Source: Eledone cirrhosa
Lineage: Eukaryota
Assembly (NCBI GenBank): GCA_964016885.1
Contig: OZ024741.1
Span: 390,476,001-390,540,000, forward strand
Length of the DNA stretch: 64,000 nt
Direction: 5' to 3'
Position 1 is the first letter of the stretch; every line of letters starts with the position of its first letter. The notes under the pieces are model-generated. The model was not told the origin of the DNA, searched no databases, and saw only the letters and a program-made list of their open reading frames with translations. The position numbers were made by a program, and so were the translations under genes. Positions 24,441-39,396 of this stretch are shown here, one piece after another.

Positions 24441-26210
24441 CAATGTGACCAGTTAAAGTACAGTTAAATTTCTAATATGATTCTATTATAATGCAAACTT
24501 TATTAAAATGTCTAAGGTCTAAGTTTCAAATTTCAGAAGAATCACATAAAAAAAAGTGCTTCTATGATTTAAAACTCTAAGACCTCCAAGTCACATTTCA
24601 TTATCACATGATATTACTATGGTTTACTGTAAATGGTGGCAACTGAGTGGTGAAATACGAAGCTAAATGAAGCATTGATGAAGCTTTGGACATTTTCCAA
24701 AGGAGTGAGATGTTGGTATAATAAGGACACTTTAGCAGATATCTAAAACTATTTTCAACAAATATTTATCACTTTTGTGACTATTTCTAATGAAATGTGT
24801 TCTATTTCAATTAATTAATAAAGAATTTTGAGGGATTTACTAAAATTATTACATTTCTAAGATTGTAGCTTAACATATAGTTCTATATAAAATTATGTTG
24901 GAAGATTTTAATTTAAATAGGAACCCTTTAAAATGGAACCCTTTAATATAGAACTAGAGCCAGTTTTGGCTGGGTTAGTATCAAAAGAATTAAATATATT
25001 TTTTATTTGTTTTTCACAAAAACCTCTAATACAGGGAAGAAATCAATGGTTAAGTAAAATATAAAGTCAACAATAGAAAACAAGATGTTTCTCCAACAGT
25101 TTGATATATCTAAAGTACACTGGATTGTGCTATATATCATCCAAAGAAAGAGAGACAAAGAGATGATGATGGCTAGTTGGTCAACTGGCTGAAGGGTCAA
25201 TATTTGCTATGCTGTGACTGGGACATATTATAATGGACATCACACTTATGTGCAATAATGAGCTCAAATCAAGCTGTTCACAAGCAGAGAAGAGGTAAAT
25301 ACTATTTGTGTTGACATAGGAAAAGCAGTATCTATATTTTTATTGGAGTAAAGAGAGCTATCGATGTATCAATTTTCAGATTGAAGACTAAGTAGAAAAT
25401 CTATAGGTCAATGAATAAATATGCATAGTATGATTTTTCTGATTAGTTTGGAATTGGTTTTGTTTATTGATGTAACTGGCAAGTCAGAACATGTTCAAAT
25501 CTTGACCCATCAATATATACATCACACTATTTTACAACAAACTAATGAACATAAAATGTTAATTCCATTATTGGAATTTTCATATCTGTTCTTTCACACC
25601 ACCATAGGTTAGTTCTGCAAATTTATTTATATAAAATATTGAGAGTAATATATTACAGGGTAGAATTAATTTCCATATTGAAATTCCCCAACAATGAAGT
25701 GAGAGTGATGCAAATAAATTGCAGAAGAGATGATGTACAATATTTATCGATTGAATCGATCAACAAGATCCCAAACCTCATTCGCTTACTGAGTGGGGTG
25801 GAACTTGTCAAATTGGACAAAAGAAACAATGTTTCCATTTGTTTTTCCATTGCTGATACTATCTACCAGTCACAACTCCTGGCAGAACAATACTTTTATG
25901 GATACAGAAATATGAAAATCATTTCTATAATCACAGGACTGATGGCCTATGACAGTTCCCTTGTCTGGAATTTGCTGGTTATGGATTTATTATTAATCAA
26001 TGACCAGTGGATTTTCCATAGAATTTGAAACAGTATTGTACCAGCTAAAATGTGGATTTTTGTACTCGGGCTATTTCAATTGATGAAATTGTGAGTAAAA
26101 ATGTTAATCTCTTGATACAATAATTACAGTTTTCATAGCTTAGGCTTCTAGCTGGGAATGTTGTCTTACAATTAAACCTATGTATATGCTGTAAATGAAT
26201 TTGCAAATTG

Positions 26211-26463
26211 TAAATGAAATCAAAATCACTGGATCTCGATATAAACCTTCATTATTATTATTACTACTAGGGCGGTGGATTGGCAGTATCGGTAGAGGGT
26301 CGGACGCCATGCTTTCCAGCATAGTTACGTCCCTTTATGAGTTCAAATCCCGCCGAGGTTGACTTTGCCTTTCATCCTTATGGGGTCGATAAAATAAAGT
26401 ACCAGTAATGCACTGGGTAATTGCTGGCTTTGTGCCTAAAGTAGAAACAATTATTATTATTAC

Positions 26464-26468
<5 letters not shown>
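26211..26468 (+). mobile_element. SINE family A (body ~26271-26452) with flanking (ATT)n
   Basis: Near-identical to the copies at 27324, 23553 and 44636 (reverse). Confidence 0.85.
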
Positions 26469-26512
<44 letters not shown>

Positions 26513-27323
26513 TTGCAAGGTTTTTGATATGAAATCATGTGGGCTGGGTGCTTTTTGCCAGGTCACCATTACAACCACTTTACAGTGAGGATTGGGGACT
26601 TCACTGGATGTATACTTCAGCCTGTTCTCATGGGAGCTCACTCCTTTGTCATCACCTTTGAGAGGTGCAATTGGGGAAGGTCAGTTTTTATCACCTCATC
26701 CCAAGTCTTCCTGGGTCTCCCCATTCCATTGACTTTCAGCGTTCTGCATTTTTTTTTATGCAGCTGTCGTCCTTCATATCTTAGTAATGAAATAATTAAT
26801 AATTTTGGAAAATCCCTCAAAATTCTTCATTAACTAATTGAAATAGTGTATTTCACTGGAAATACAGGCATCAAATGGTTAACTGACTCCTACTGTACAA
26901 GACTACAAGTGACTGGCAGAGTGGGTGACACAATCTTATCACTGAATATCTATGCCAGTTCTTGGACATATTATCAAAACAACAGCCAAATTTCCATTTT
27001 GATGAATCCCAAACAAAGATAAAATGACTAAAAATAGGAAGTCTGCAGAAGTACAATGTAAAAACTAACTTAACACCAGACAACTTAGATAAATAATGAA
27101 CCAATTCCTCCTCCTCCTTATTATCATCATCATCACCGTTTTACGTCCGTTCTTCCACGCTAGCATGGGTTAGACGGGTTGTCCTGTTGTGGGCAGTGTC
27201 TGGTCGGCTGACCATGCCTTGCTCATACAGGAACTGATTTGGCTTGGTTTCTACAGCTGGATGCTTCATTATTATATTTACTATTACCATTTACTATTAT
27301 GCATCATTATTATATTTACTATT

Positions 27324-27512
27324 GGTAGATTGGCAGTATCGGTAGAGGGTCGGATGCCATGCTTTCCAGCATAGTTACATCCCTTTACGATCTGAGTTCA
27401 AATCCCGCCAAGGTTGACTTTGCCTTTCATCCTTACGGGGTCGATAAAATAAAGTACCAGTAATGCACTGGGTATTTGCTGGCCTTGTGCCTAATGTAGA
27501 AACAATTATTAT
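27324..27512 (+). mobile_element. SINE family A
   Basis: Full head, core and tail. ATTATTATATTTACTATT on both sides looks like a TSD. Confidence 0.88.
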
Positions 27513-28870
27513 ATTTACTATTACCATAATACACAGCGAGTAAGTGGAACTAACTCAACTAGTGGGTTTCCACTTATGTGTGGGTGAGTAACTCTAAATG
27601 TATTTTTGATTTTTTTAAATATCTTATGTTGATTATAGTTTTATACTTATTTTATACTTATTTCATGTTTTATCAAATCTATCTGTCTATTATATAACAT
27701 CCTTACTCCTACTCTCATTATACATAACTTTATCCAGTCCCACATGTATTGTAACCCCTATGTCTACGATGTTTACTGTATTTATGTGCGATCCCTTGTG
27801 GTGTATAAAGAAATCATTATTATTATCAATATTGATAAGTTTCAGAAAGCTGGTACAATGCACTAAAAATATATAAAGGGCAAAGGATAACAAATAAAAC
27901 AAAACAATGTTTTACCCAGTATATTTCAACATATTTCAGGGCTAATACCCTCTTTTCAAATGTAAAACAAAAGGCATTCAAAATAGAAATGAATGATTGA
28001 TTCCTTAACTGATCTATGTGTCTAAAATACACATGCATGGTAGCCAATCCACTTCATACATTACTTTGTTTTGTTTTATTTGTCATCCTTTGCCCTTTTT
28101 ATATTTCTACCACATTGTACTGTCATTTATTATATATCTCACAATGCTTCGTATTAACTATACTACTTTATTCTCATCATTATTATTATTATTTTCAATG
28201 CTATTATATCAGTGTGAAATAGATCTTTGTATTCACTTTATGTGCCATGGGAAACAAAAGATAGAGAGAAATAAAAGCACTTAATTGCAGAGTGTTGACT
28301 GCAAAAGGTTCAAAAGCAAGTTTGTGAGAATAGCACTTACATCAATCCAAGAAAATGTGTCATACAGGAAGTGGAACTTTTTACAAAAATAAACAATACA
28401 AAATTATTCATGCAACTAAAATTGAAGCAGGCATAAAAAACAAAATGATAACCAGAATTTCTTTATATATGTATGTGTATATATATAGATACATACATAC
28501 ATACATACATACAAACATACATACATACTAACATACATACATATATATATATAAATACATAATGTATGTGTGAAATAGGCATTACTGTATCCCAAACTTA
28601 TACAGGGTTATATAGGTTTCAAAACAGGAAAATACAAATAAAAAGAAATCAATGTATCTAGGATTGAATCATCCAATGTGTCCTTTCTTTAGTAATGTGG
28701 GATTTGATGGCAGTTTGGCAGCTAATTCTAACAGGCCAAGCAATCATCTAAAAGCTTCATTTTCCTCTATTATTTTATTAAGCACTATTAATTGTATTAT
28801 TTGTACTCACTCTGGTATAAAGCCAAATTACCCTATCTCAAGATTTTTGATATCAAGTTTATATGGTTTA

Positions 28871-29146
28871 GTGGAGGCATGTGGCCTTGTGGTAAAGGTG
28901 TTGGGCTTACAGTCATAATTTCGTGGATTCAATTCCTGGACTGGGATGTGCGTTGTGCTTTTGAGCAAAACACTTCATTTCACATTGCTCCAGTATACTC
29001 AGCTGAAAATGAGGGCCAGCAGTAGATGGGTGTTAACCTGTGATGAACTGCCGTCATGTCCAGTGGGAGGTCTTGTATCCTCAGTTGCTTTACACCATGG
29101 CAACTGGGATAAGCACCAGCCTGATGGGCCTTCAGGCTCAAGACAG
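28871..29146 (+). mobile_element. tRNA-derived SINE, family B (CORE-like central domain)
   Basis: A-box-like TGGCCTTGTGG and B-box-like GGATTCAATTCC, then TTGAGCAAAACACTTCATTTCACATTGCTCCAGTATACTCAGCTG. Further copies at 34723-34950(-), 36920-37145(+) and 50285-50552(-). Confidence 0.8.
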
Positions 29147-30351
29147 ATGTTCGACTTTTTAGAAGTTTATATGGTTTAGAGTGCCCTCTTCCTAATAGAT
29201 AACTTTGGAGATGGCTTTCATATTTTAACAATAAAAAATTAACTTAACTATCTTGATACCATAGGTATTTTCACATCCATATTTGTATTATAAGCCTCTA
29301 TACTGAAGATTTTTTTTCACTACGAGCATATGTCAGTAATGTAATATTCACTTGTTAAATTAAATAATCCCTTTTAAACAATCAAGTATATAAACACAAA
29401 CTACTAGTGTACTTTCTGCCAGGAGTTGCAACTGATAGTATCAGTAATGGAAAGACCAATGGAAACATTGTTTCCTTAGCCCACCTCACTCCGTACCTGA
29501 ATGAGGTCTCAGATCCTGTCATTCAATTGAACCAGTGAGCTATGAGTATACATTAGTTGTTAGGTGTGTAATGGCTTCTGCCTTTGGTACCTTTGTTTTC
29601 ACAGGTGTGTTGTTATCTTTATATTTTTTATTTTCCAGTCTTTCTTGTGTAGGCTCCCACTAAACAATTTCATCTTTAGCTGTCCAACAATGCCCTGTTC
29701 TTTTGTGGGAGCTTACACAAGGAAGAGCTATCAGAAGACAACAAGCCAAGACCTATATCAAGCAGATTTGTGATAACATAAACTCCAATCCCTCTGACCA
29801 GCTAAACATAAACAATAGAACTGGATGGCAACAGAGAATCGAAGGAATCTGTGCAAAAAGTGCGACTTATACTCCAGTAAAATGCTACCTCCCCAAAATG
29901 TTTATTATATTAAATTTCCCATATTATACGAGTAAATAAAAAAGATCCCCAACATATGGAAGGTATTAACAATCTTCAATATCTCTAACATAGAGTATGA
30001 CTGAGAGCTATAGCTATATATATATATTTATTCCATTCTCAAAGTAATATTGATACTATTACAAGACAGATTTATTGGTGGTTCATTGTATATGTAAAAG
30101 AGAGGGAGAGTTCAGGAGAGCATGACAATAACAATAAATAGACAAATAACTATAACATAACAATATACAATAATAACTAAATTAAACATAAAAGTAATTG
30201 TAGTCTCATCTCACATTGCAAACAAAACCCAGGAAAAAATATATACACATACAAAATCCAGGAAAAAATATAAACTCATACAAATCACAACCATTTACCA
30301 CTTCGACTTAGCAATACAATTAAAGAGAAATAAAAGAGAAGAGGTAATTAC

Positions 30352-30511
30352 CTTTTCCCATGATCAGTAAATCCAGATCTTCCAGAGTCAAGTGATCTTA
30401 TTTTCCTCTGGCTATCTTTGTTATATGTATACTCTCCACTATGATAAGAATCCCTTTCACCATATAAGCTGGCATGGTTTTCAGGTACAATGTCTGGTCT
30501 ACCTCCTAGAG
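30352..30511 (-). CDS. PIP5K1: PIP5K1-like exon (phase 1-2)
   Basis: Acceptor ttttttcttcactag and donor AAAG|gtaatt. (A)LGGRPDIVPENHASLYGERDSYHSGEY...DHGK; RPD[IL][VL]P is recognisable from PIP5K1 tails. Confidence 0.85.
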
Positions 30512-31523
30512 CTAGTGAAGAAAAAATAAATTTACATTCAAGTTGATAATGAAAAAAAAAAATTCTGTTTTGACTGTATTTCTAATGAAATGCACGTTAT
30601 TTTAATTATTTAATGAAGAATTTCAAGAGATTTCCTAGAATTATCAATCATTTCATTACTGAGGTAACTTAACATATAATTCTGAAATAAAATCATGTTG
30701 GAAGATTTTAATTTAAATAGAAACCCTTTAAAATCTGTGGGTTATTTTTTTTTCATTTTTGGGCAGGTTAGTATGAAATGGGTTAAAGGAATACATTTTA
30801 AAACTACACCCAAATAGGGAACCCCTTGGTGATCTCTCAAGTTGCTTTGGATAGCAGCCAAATCTCCATCAAAATCACAGCCTACTGTCTTAAGTAAGGA
30901 AACAAGATATTAAATATTGTACTTCTATATACCACTAAAAGAGATAGGATAGTAACAGCTAGAAGATTTTTGATCATAGTTCTACTCAATCTGAGTTGAG
31001 CAAGGCTAAGCAACAACATTAGTATTGAGTAAACAACTGAGTAATAAGAGCTTGAGTTAAAATCTAATTTTTCCAACATTGGCTCAACAGAAACCCAGTT
31101 TATTTTGTTTTTAATCGATCGGCAAGATCCCAGACCTCATTCACTCACCATAAGCAGCAAGCGAGACAGTATTGGGAGAGTGAGAGTATGATGGGAGAGA
31201 CACTGTGAGACATGAGGGAGTAATGGTAACTACATTTTTGTTGCTGAGGGGGGGGGGGGGGCACGTGGTGGGTGATGGGTTTTACTGGGAAGTGGTCTTG
31301 AGGAGAAGAATTGATGGCTGGCAGTAAGATATAAATTTACAAATTCAGAATCAATAACCCATCTACATGAAACCAACACCACTGGCTATATGTTGTATGG
31401 AATATGAAGTAGATAGCCGTTATAAACTTGGCATGAAAATGGAGGTTAATAATTGAAGACATCATCATCACAATAGAAACAACAATAGTTCTAGGAGTAA
31501 TAGACAGAAAGACAAACTCTTAC

Positions 31524-31682
31524 CAGACTTTTTACCACTTTCATCTGAAAAGCTAATAGTACGTTGGTTTCTGTCAGATTGCTTGCTGGTCTGTCCAGCA
31601 TCAGCAGCAAGTTCACTGGTTGTAGGAAAACGTGGTCGGCCAGCTATGGAAGTCTTCTTTTTAGAAGGGGAATGCTTCAAGG
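31524..31682 (-). CDS. PIP5K1: PIP5K1-like exon (phase 1-1; alternative in-frame donor at 31536)
   Basis: Acceptor tgtgttgcag. (P)LKHSPSKKKTSIAGRPRF...FSDESGKKS; PLKxSPSK follows the kinase core in PIP5K1. Donor CTG|gtaaga. Confidence 0.9.
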
Positions 31683-34600
31683 CTGCAACACAAGATAATG
31701 AGAACTAGATTGAAACAATACCCCAAAAACAATTTGGACTTTATATAAATAGAGCTTTAAAGATGGAAAATAGTCAAAGCTTCTTCATCATCATTGGTGA
31801 TATAAAATGAAGACCTGAGTACATTCTTTCATTGTTTAAAGCAGGCTTGTATAAAATGAAGTCATAGGGAACATGTGTAGCTTAAATAAATTTAGAAATA
31901 ATATTTATTTATTTATAAGAAAACACAATGAATCAACTATCCCTTATTTTTTATTTATAACTAATTATAAATAGAAATTTCTAAACAGACATTTAATTTG
32001 TTGAAATGCCTGATAAATAATTAATTGAAATAGAATGTATTTCAATAGACATATGGTCACTTGAAGGTGTGTGGCTTGGTCCAAGTTGATGAGTTCTGCC
32101 CTACTTAATAAGCAAATGAGGTCTGGGATCTTGTCGATCATTTAAAAAAAAAAGAAGAATATGGTCACAAAACAGTTAATACATATACTATAATTTTCAG
32201 AGATATTGACTTCACATTCAGAAATGAAATATTTTTTAATGTTTACATCTACACTATACACTACTCACTTTTGAGATCAAATGCCTAATGTCTAAAGCAG
32301 AAATAATGGAGAGAGAGAGTCTAATGACGTAATTAAAGACAGGCTAAAAACTAATATTACGATTAGTCAAGCCCTAACTCCAATAGTTTGGCCACATAGT
32401 ATGGTTCCTAACATAGATACAAAGCCAGAATCTTATAAGGGGAAGGGCATAGGTGATTATATTTACACCAGGATAATGACTAGTATTTATTTTAACAGTC
32501 AAAGAAGCAAGAAAAGCAAAGCTGACTCCTGGGAATTGAACCCAGGGGCATAACATTATATCAAAATCCACTGCCCCATAAAAATGTAGATCAATACAGT
32601 GAAAAATATTAATAAAAAGTTTCCATCAAATACTAAAGATAATAAGCTGAAAATTAAAGGCTTATGGATTCATATACAATGTTTATGCATAATGGTTTCT
32701 GATTTAGGCACATGGCCAACAATTTGGGGGATGTGAAAGTCAATTAAATTAACTCCAGTGCATTATTGGTACTTTATTTTATCAACCCCAGAAGAACGAA
32801 AGGCAACGGGATTTGAACTCAGACTGTAAAGAGACCTAACTTTATGCCACATGGTAGCTGTGGTATGATCACAGCTTAAAATACCTAACATTCTACATGT
32901 ATGTTTATTATACATATATGGGTTCATATATGCCTTTATTCTGATTCAGGTTATCTTCATATTATCATAAACTAAGCTAAAAGTTTTACAATTAAATAAA
33001 GGCAAGAATGTGAATATGAAAGAGGATAAAATAAGAGTCACATTAGAAAGATTCTAAATAGCAGTGTGAGTGGCAGATAGGTTTGGGTGCTTAAATTTTA
33101 TCCCTCTTTTACATTAACACACTTTATTTTGTTTAAATATAAACAATAAAAAGTGCCCATTCCACACTCTAAAGAGGTCATGTAGGTGTCATGACAAAAA
33201 GCCCCCAGCCCAGTGTAAAGTGGTCATGTAGGAGTTACAACAAAATATGGTTGGTATTAGAAACCAAACCAGACAGTTCAGTATGAGCAAGACACAGTCA
33301 TCTCATCTGACTTGCCTCACAATGGGACAACTCGTCTGACCCATACTAGCATGGAAAAATGGACGTTAAACAATGATGATGTTCACCATTCATTTCAGTA
33401 AAGTTAATTTTATTTGATATTAGTTGTTTTCAGATTAACATGTTAATATTACTAGTTAGTGTAACTGTTATTGTGACAGATAGGGTAAGCTTTTAAGCTA
33501 CTGAATTGTGCATGTGAGAGAGAGATAATGGAAGAAAATTAGCTATGACTATCTCAAGTCTTACTTACCCAAATCTTCAATGAAATTCATCCCTCTAATT
33601 GAAGTGTTAGTGTTTTTAACTTTCACTAATATTACTTTGTTTTAGAGGGAAAGCATTAGATAGTAGCGAGAATAAGTGTTTAAACTTTACCATTGGAAAT
33701 ATAATTTTAATTAGTTTTTCAGTGAAGTACTGGGGTCAATATAATTCGGGCCTTGTGTCTACATTAGAAACAAACTATTTTATTGGGTGAGCTCTGATAA
33801 AACTTTTTAGATGCTATACTGTACTTTAGGACACTTTACCTTTCACCCCTTTAAGGATCAATAAAATATAATGCTAGTTCATGACAGTGGATTAGCGGAA
33901 TTGATGAGGAGATGCTTTGTGTTATCTTTTCCAACATTTTAAATCCTGAGTTCAAATTATACTTAGAGTTTAAAATCCCACTGATGGCCAGGGATAATCA
34001 CCTAATCCCTTGACCATGGAATCACAACTGATTATGAAAACTGCAATGGATGGCAGAAGGATTGTCGCTGTCTGCTACTGAAGTTGAATGATGATAACTG
34101 TACCATATTATTGAGAGAGAACTATATCTAAAAATGCTTTGAGATTTCAATGTTGGTAGCAAACTTGGGATTGATACTTATTAAATCTTTTACTCAACAA
34201 GATAGAGGCCATTTCAGTAACATCTTACACCCAGTAAATATTGGGCAAAATGAAACTGAACCAGTTTAAATTAGAAAATATATTGCTACAATGAAGATAA
34301 CTATAATAATAGTTGATAGCAAGAGTTAATAGTTCAATAAGTAAAATACCCTTGGAGATGCCTATGAGAAATCAAAACATGGATCTCTCATATATCAGGC
34401 AAGAGATACATAGTTTAATCCCCATAGATGATTCTGTTCAATTTTTTCCATTTCCAAACTTGATCAACTATTAGCTATAGTTACCAATTATTATTAGTTA
34501 CCTGCATTTTTGGTGAATAGATTTTCAAATTTCAAATTTCTCCATGACTTGTAAGTTAACTAATTTTGTTTGAACCAGTTTAATTCGCTCTAAACTCCCA

Positions 34601-35904
34601 TAATCCTACCATGTGCACCATCAATTTTTTGGCACCTTGGTTCCAAGCTCAGACTGGATTATCCGTTTTGCCAGACTATTTAATGCACATTACAAAGACT
34701 GGAACACTTACCCTATCTAAAGTCTGCCTTGAGCCTTGAGGCTCATCAGGCTGGTACTTATCTGTTTCCTTGGTGTTAAATGACTCCCCTCTGGACAGGA
34801 TGCCAGTCCATCACAGCGTCAAACCCCAGCTATAGCTGGTACTCACTTTCATCTAAGTATACTGGAGCAACATGAAATGAAGTGTTTTGCTCAAGAACAG
34901 AATACATAACCCAGTCAAACACACTTACCACTAGACAACATACCTCCACACTATCCTTCAACAATAAAATTAAATATTTCAAATTAAATCTAATGACGTG
35001 ATAACTTGCTCACATGAATCAACTAGTCTGGTGAGTTGCAGGAAATTTGTGTCTACCCATAATTATATCTAGCTTCCAGAAAATTGGTAAGTGCACCATT
35101 ACTTAATTGACACTTCTCCAACATTATGTTACACACTATATTCATTCTACTTTATTATTCAAGTGGTAAGTTTAAAAGAAAATATTCTTTATTACATAAC
35201 AATATAAGAAAAAAAACAAGCTTTGTAAAGTTATCAAGGGTGAAACAAGTATTTCTTTTAAAGCATGCAGAGAATCTGCTGATACTTTAAATGGAAGTGT
35301 ATGCCAACTAATAAGAGAACAGTTATAATTACAATTCTCAAATATGTTATAAATCGTAGTAATGAATCAGTTACTACTACTTTGATTAAGTTAGTTTAAA
35401 ACTAGTATAGTTAAAGTTAGTGTTAACATGTGCATAAATATATTAAATATTTCACTTAATCTTACTCCTTTTGAAGATTATTTGAGGATATTCAAAACCT
35501 GGCTAATACATATAAAAATTAAATAAAACAAAACATGCATTTTTAATTTAAAAATTACAATAGCTGTGACCAATACATTTAATCATTTTATGCAGAGAAA
35601 TAATTGTAAATAAACAGACTGATTATAATTCTAACGAGAGAGAGAGAGAGGCGCGGGCGCGGAATGCTGCTTAATCACAGACACACAGTGTTATTAAAAA
35701 TGTAATCCCAAAATGAAACAATATATCTTTTTAAAACAATTACTTCACTAAACAAAACAAAAATAAATATATAAATCAACAAATAAAGTTTACAAAGTAC
35801 CAATATTTATTCTCAAACACTGCTTCTTTGACTGCCTAAAGATTCAAAGAAGCATCAGTTTCTTTAGATCTCATAAAAGACAATTTTTAATAAAGACTTG
35901 GTGA

Positions 35905-36365
35905 TATTAAAGATGAAAAGTAGAGTAAACAAAAGATTTAAATACCTCCCCAAAAATAATAATAATAATTCAAGGCTATGAGAACTTAAAGGTTGATAAT
36001 GTGAATTGTTGCAAAGATGTTATTGTTTAGAAGATCAAACTTGAGAATTCCATGTTAAAAAAACATTTTAAGACATTTTTCCTCCAAGGTAAACTAAGAG
36101 AAAAAATATGAGCTTAGCAATATAATCTCTTTTAATGTTTTCCAATATTAAAGATGAAATGGCAAATAAACAAAAGATTTAAATACCTCCCCAAAATAAT
36201 AATAATAATAATTCATGGCTATGAGAACTTTGAGGTTGACAATGAGAATTGTTGCAAAGATGTTATTGTTGTGAAGATCAGGTTTGGTAAAATCACTATA
36301 GTAAAATATATTTTATGACATTTTTTGACAGGAAAAATATGAGTTTGGCAATAAAATCTCTTTGA
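35905..36365. repeat. Tandem duplication, ~241 bp unit
   Basis: TATTAAAGATGAAA..TAAACAAAAGATTTAAATACCTCCCCAAAA(TAA)n..GGCTATGAGAACTT..AATTGTTGCAAAGATGTTATTGTT occurs twice. Confidence 0.85.
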
Positions 36366-38148
36366 AAAGAAAATAGCTGTCAAGGTTTGAAATAATCAAA
36401 GCACACCTACAGCTTTTTATAATAATTATTGCTTCATAGGACACTTCCTATAAATGATGTAATGAAGGTTATAACCTAAAAGTGGAAAACTTACTTCAAT
36501 AGACCAAAACTATCTAGAAGTGTAGGTTTTAATTATCGTCTTGCCATTTTGTTTTGCCATTGTCATGGCTGACATGTGTGTAGGTTTAATTGACCTCCTA
36601 TGAGGTTGCATTTCATATGAGTTTCCTTGGTAGTTTTAATTATAGAGGGCTTCTCAGTCTTATATTGTCACCGTTTTTTCCAGAGAAAGGTGGCAGGATT
36701 TGAACTCAGAACACACAGGGCCAAAACAGATACTGAAAATCATTTTGTGTAATGCTCTAACAATTCAACACAAAAAGGCAAGGTTGATTTTAGTGGGATT
36801 TGAAATCAGAGAGCCAAAACAAATACCACAAAGTCATAAATTTGGGGGGAGAGAGAGACAGTGCAGTCAAAACATCTGCAGTAGTTGACTGATACTTTAT
36901 TTAATCAACCCTGGGAGACAGTGGTAAGGATGTTGGACTTATGGTCATAATGTCATGGGTTTGATTCTTGGACTTGGTTGGGTGTTGTGCTCTTGAGCTA
37001 AACACTTAATTTCATGTTGCTCCGGTATACTCAGCTGAAAATGAGTACCAGCTGGGGGTTTAACCCTGTGATGGACTGGTGTCTTATCCATGTATTCACA
37101 GTCACTTAATGCCACGGAAACTGGGATAAGCGCTGGCCTGAAGCATCTTCTCAAAACACAACACACTGTTTGGTCCTGAAATCAAACCCACTATCTTATG
37201 ATTGTGCCTCCAACACCCTAACCACTAGGCCATACACCTTCACAGTTGCAAAAGAACTCTCATTTTAATAACCATAATGAAACTAGAAATGGTATGTATA
37301 ATGATCATAACATATATAACAAAAACGTTTTGAATCAATTTAAGATGATGAAATCTTTAAAATTTCCAATTTTGATATATTTTACTATAAATGTTGCTTC
37401 TGTTGTTCATGTTGAACATCATCTTTGCTTATGACTCACTGCTTAATTTTGCCAGTTCTCATTCTCTGTGATCACCTTTTCTACTTTTTTTACTCCAGCT
37501 TTAACCCTTTTGGTACCAAATACCTGAAACTGCCATGCTTTTATGAAACACACCTACTCATTTTAAAATGTTTTTATTTATATTAAATACTTCCTTCTTA
37601 ATTTTATTTCAGAAAGTTAAGTAATGTTTAAATAGCTTGTTAAATTCCTCCAAATATTTGATTATTTTCAAAATTAATTGAAACACAACCCATGCTAGCG
37701 TGGAAAGTGGACGTTAAACGAAGATGATGATGAGATGATGATGATGACACAGGCAGTGTATTTCATTTGAAATAGAGTAATTAGAAGGTTAAACGTAGAT
37801 TCATTTCTTTGTAATCTGTAGCCAGCATAACTTAAGTTGAATTTTGCTGTTATAACAATATTATAACAATTATAATTTTAAACAAATTAAGGGAATATTG
37901 TTCATGTATAGCAAAGAGAACAAATCAAAGTGCATTTCACTATTTTAAAAGAACTTTTCACTCTGCTTATAAATGTTTAAAAGTTATTAACTGTTAGACA
38001 TTTTACTAGTTATTTATTTTGATATTTCTAATAAATGGTTCAAAAATATTTTATAATTTTTTTTCATTTCTCTTCATATTTCACTAGTTCGTAAATTTCA
38101 GTTATTTTGACATATTTTAAAAACTTGACAAAGGACACAATTTTATCC

Positions 38149-38201
<53 letters not shown>

Positions 38202-38481
38202 TAGTAAGTTATTTGTCTCTAATATAATCAGACATCCCAATGAAAAGATAAACATCAGCTCAGAGAAGCATTTAAATATATTTAATTTAAGCCAACATCT
38301 TGATTGGGGGGGGTGTAAGTTAGACAAACTAAAATACGTCTGTTTCAATCATATAATATCCCCATTATATGAGTGAAACTGACTGAACTGTATTTAGGAA
38401 CATTATACGAGTGAAACTGACTTATTTTAATTTGTCAAATTATATCCACCCAATCGAGATTTTGGGCTTAAGTTATGTATA

Positions 38482-38633
38482 TACCGTATTTCCCGGCGTC
38501 GAAGATGCTACTTTTTTCCTAAAATAAGCCTTAAAAATCTACCATTCATTCTGAGGCTGAAGGTTTTTTTTTTTTTTCAAATTTTTGGTTGTCAAAATTA
38601 GAGTGTGCCCTCGAGGTGCCGAGAAATATGGTG
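38482..38633. mobile_element. Short Tc1/pogo-like MITE relic
   Basis: Imperfect TIRs TACCGTATTTCCCGGC / GCCGAGAAATATGGTG. Confidence 0.55.
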
Positions 38634-38658
38634 TGTATGTAAATATATATATATATAT

Positions 38659-38696
<38 letters not shown>

Positions 38697-39362
38697 GTCT
38701 TTCTCGTAGTAATAAGGATGATGATAATGATTTCTTACATAAGTACAAAACCATAAATTGGAGGGATCCCATAGTCAAGAATATCGATTCCAATACTTAA
38801 TAATTATGTCTAACTTCGGCAAAAGGCCAACAATTAGTGGGGAATGAGAAAGTTAATTAAATCAACCCCAGTATGTATTTTATCACCTCCCAGAAGGATG
38901 AACAGCAATCTTAACATTAATGGAATTTAAACTCAGGACATATAACGACGACAACAACAATAATAATAAATCAATGTGAATTTTATGCAAAGGTAATATT
39001 TTGTCGTTTTTTTTTATTTTTTATTGAATAGAAAAAATACTGAAAGATCAGGCATTACTTTTTAGTCAAACAGCGAGTGTCTGTACAGGTGTGCATACAT
39101 GTGTACACAAAAAATATGTGTATAAATGTGTATGTAGAAGAATATGTGGACACATATATACTTGTGCCAATCAGAGTGAGAGGGGGAGAGAGAGAGAGAG
39201 ATTTGAACAATATCATACAACATGAATAATATATATAATGAGGTGGATAAAAGTGAAAGCTGACGGTATTTATTAAAGATAGAAATAATACAATTTGTAC
39301 TGGTATCACAAAATAAAGAAACAGGAGGAAACCAATAGGAACTCAACAGAAATTAAATTAAA

Positions 39363-39396
<34 letters not shown>

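Noticed and set aside
30299-30306. 8-nt micro-exon-like aag|TCGAAGTG|gtaaat
   Set aside because: Needs a 45-nt intron and breaks phase 2 continuity.
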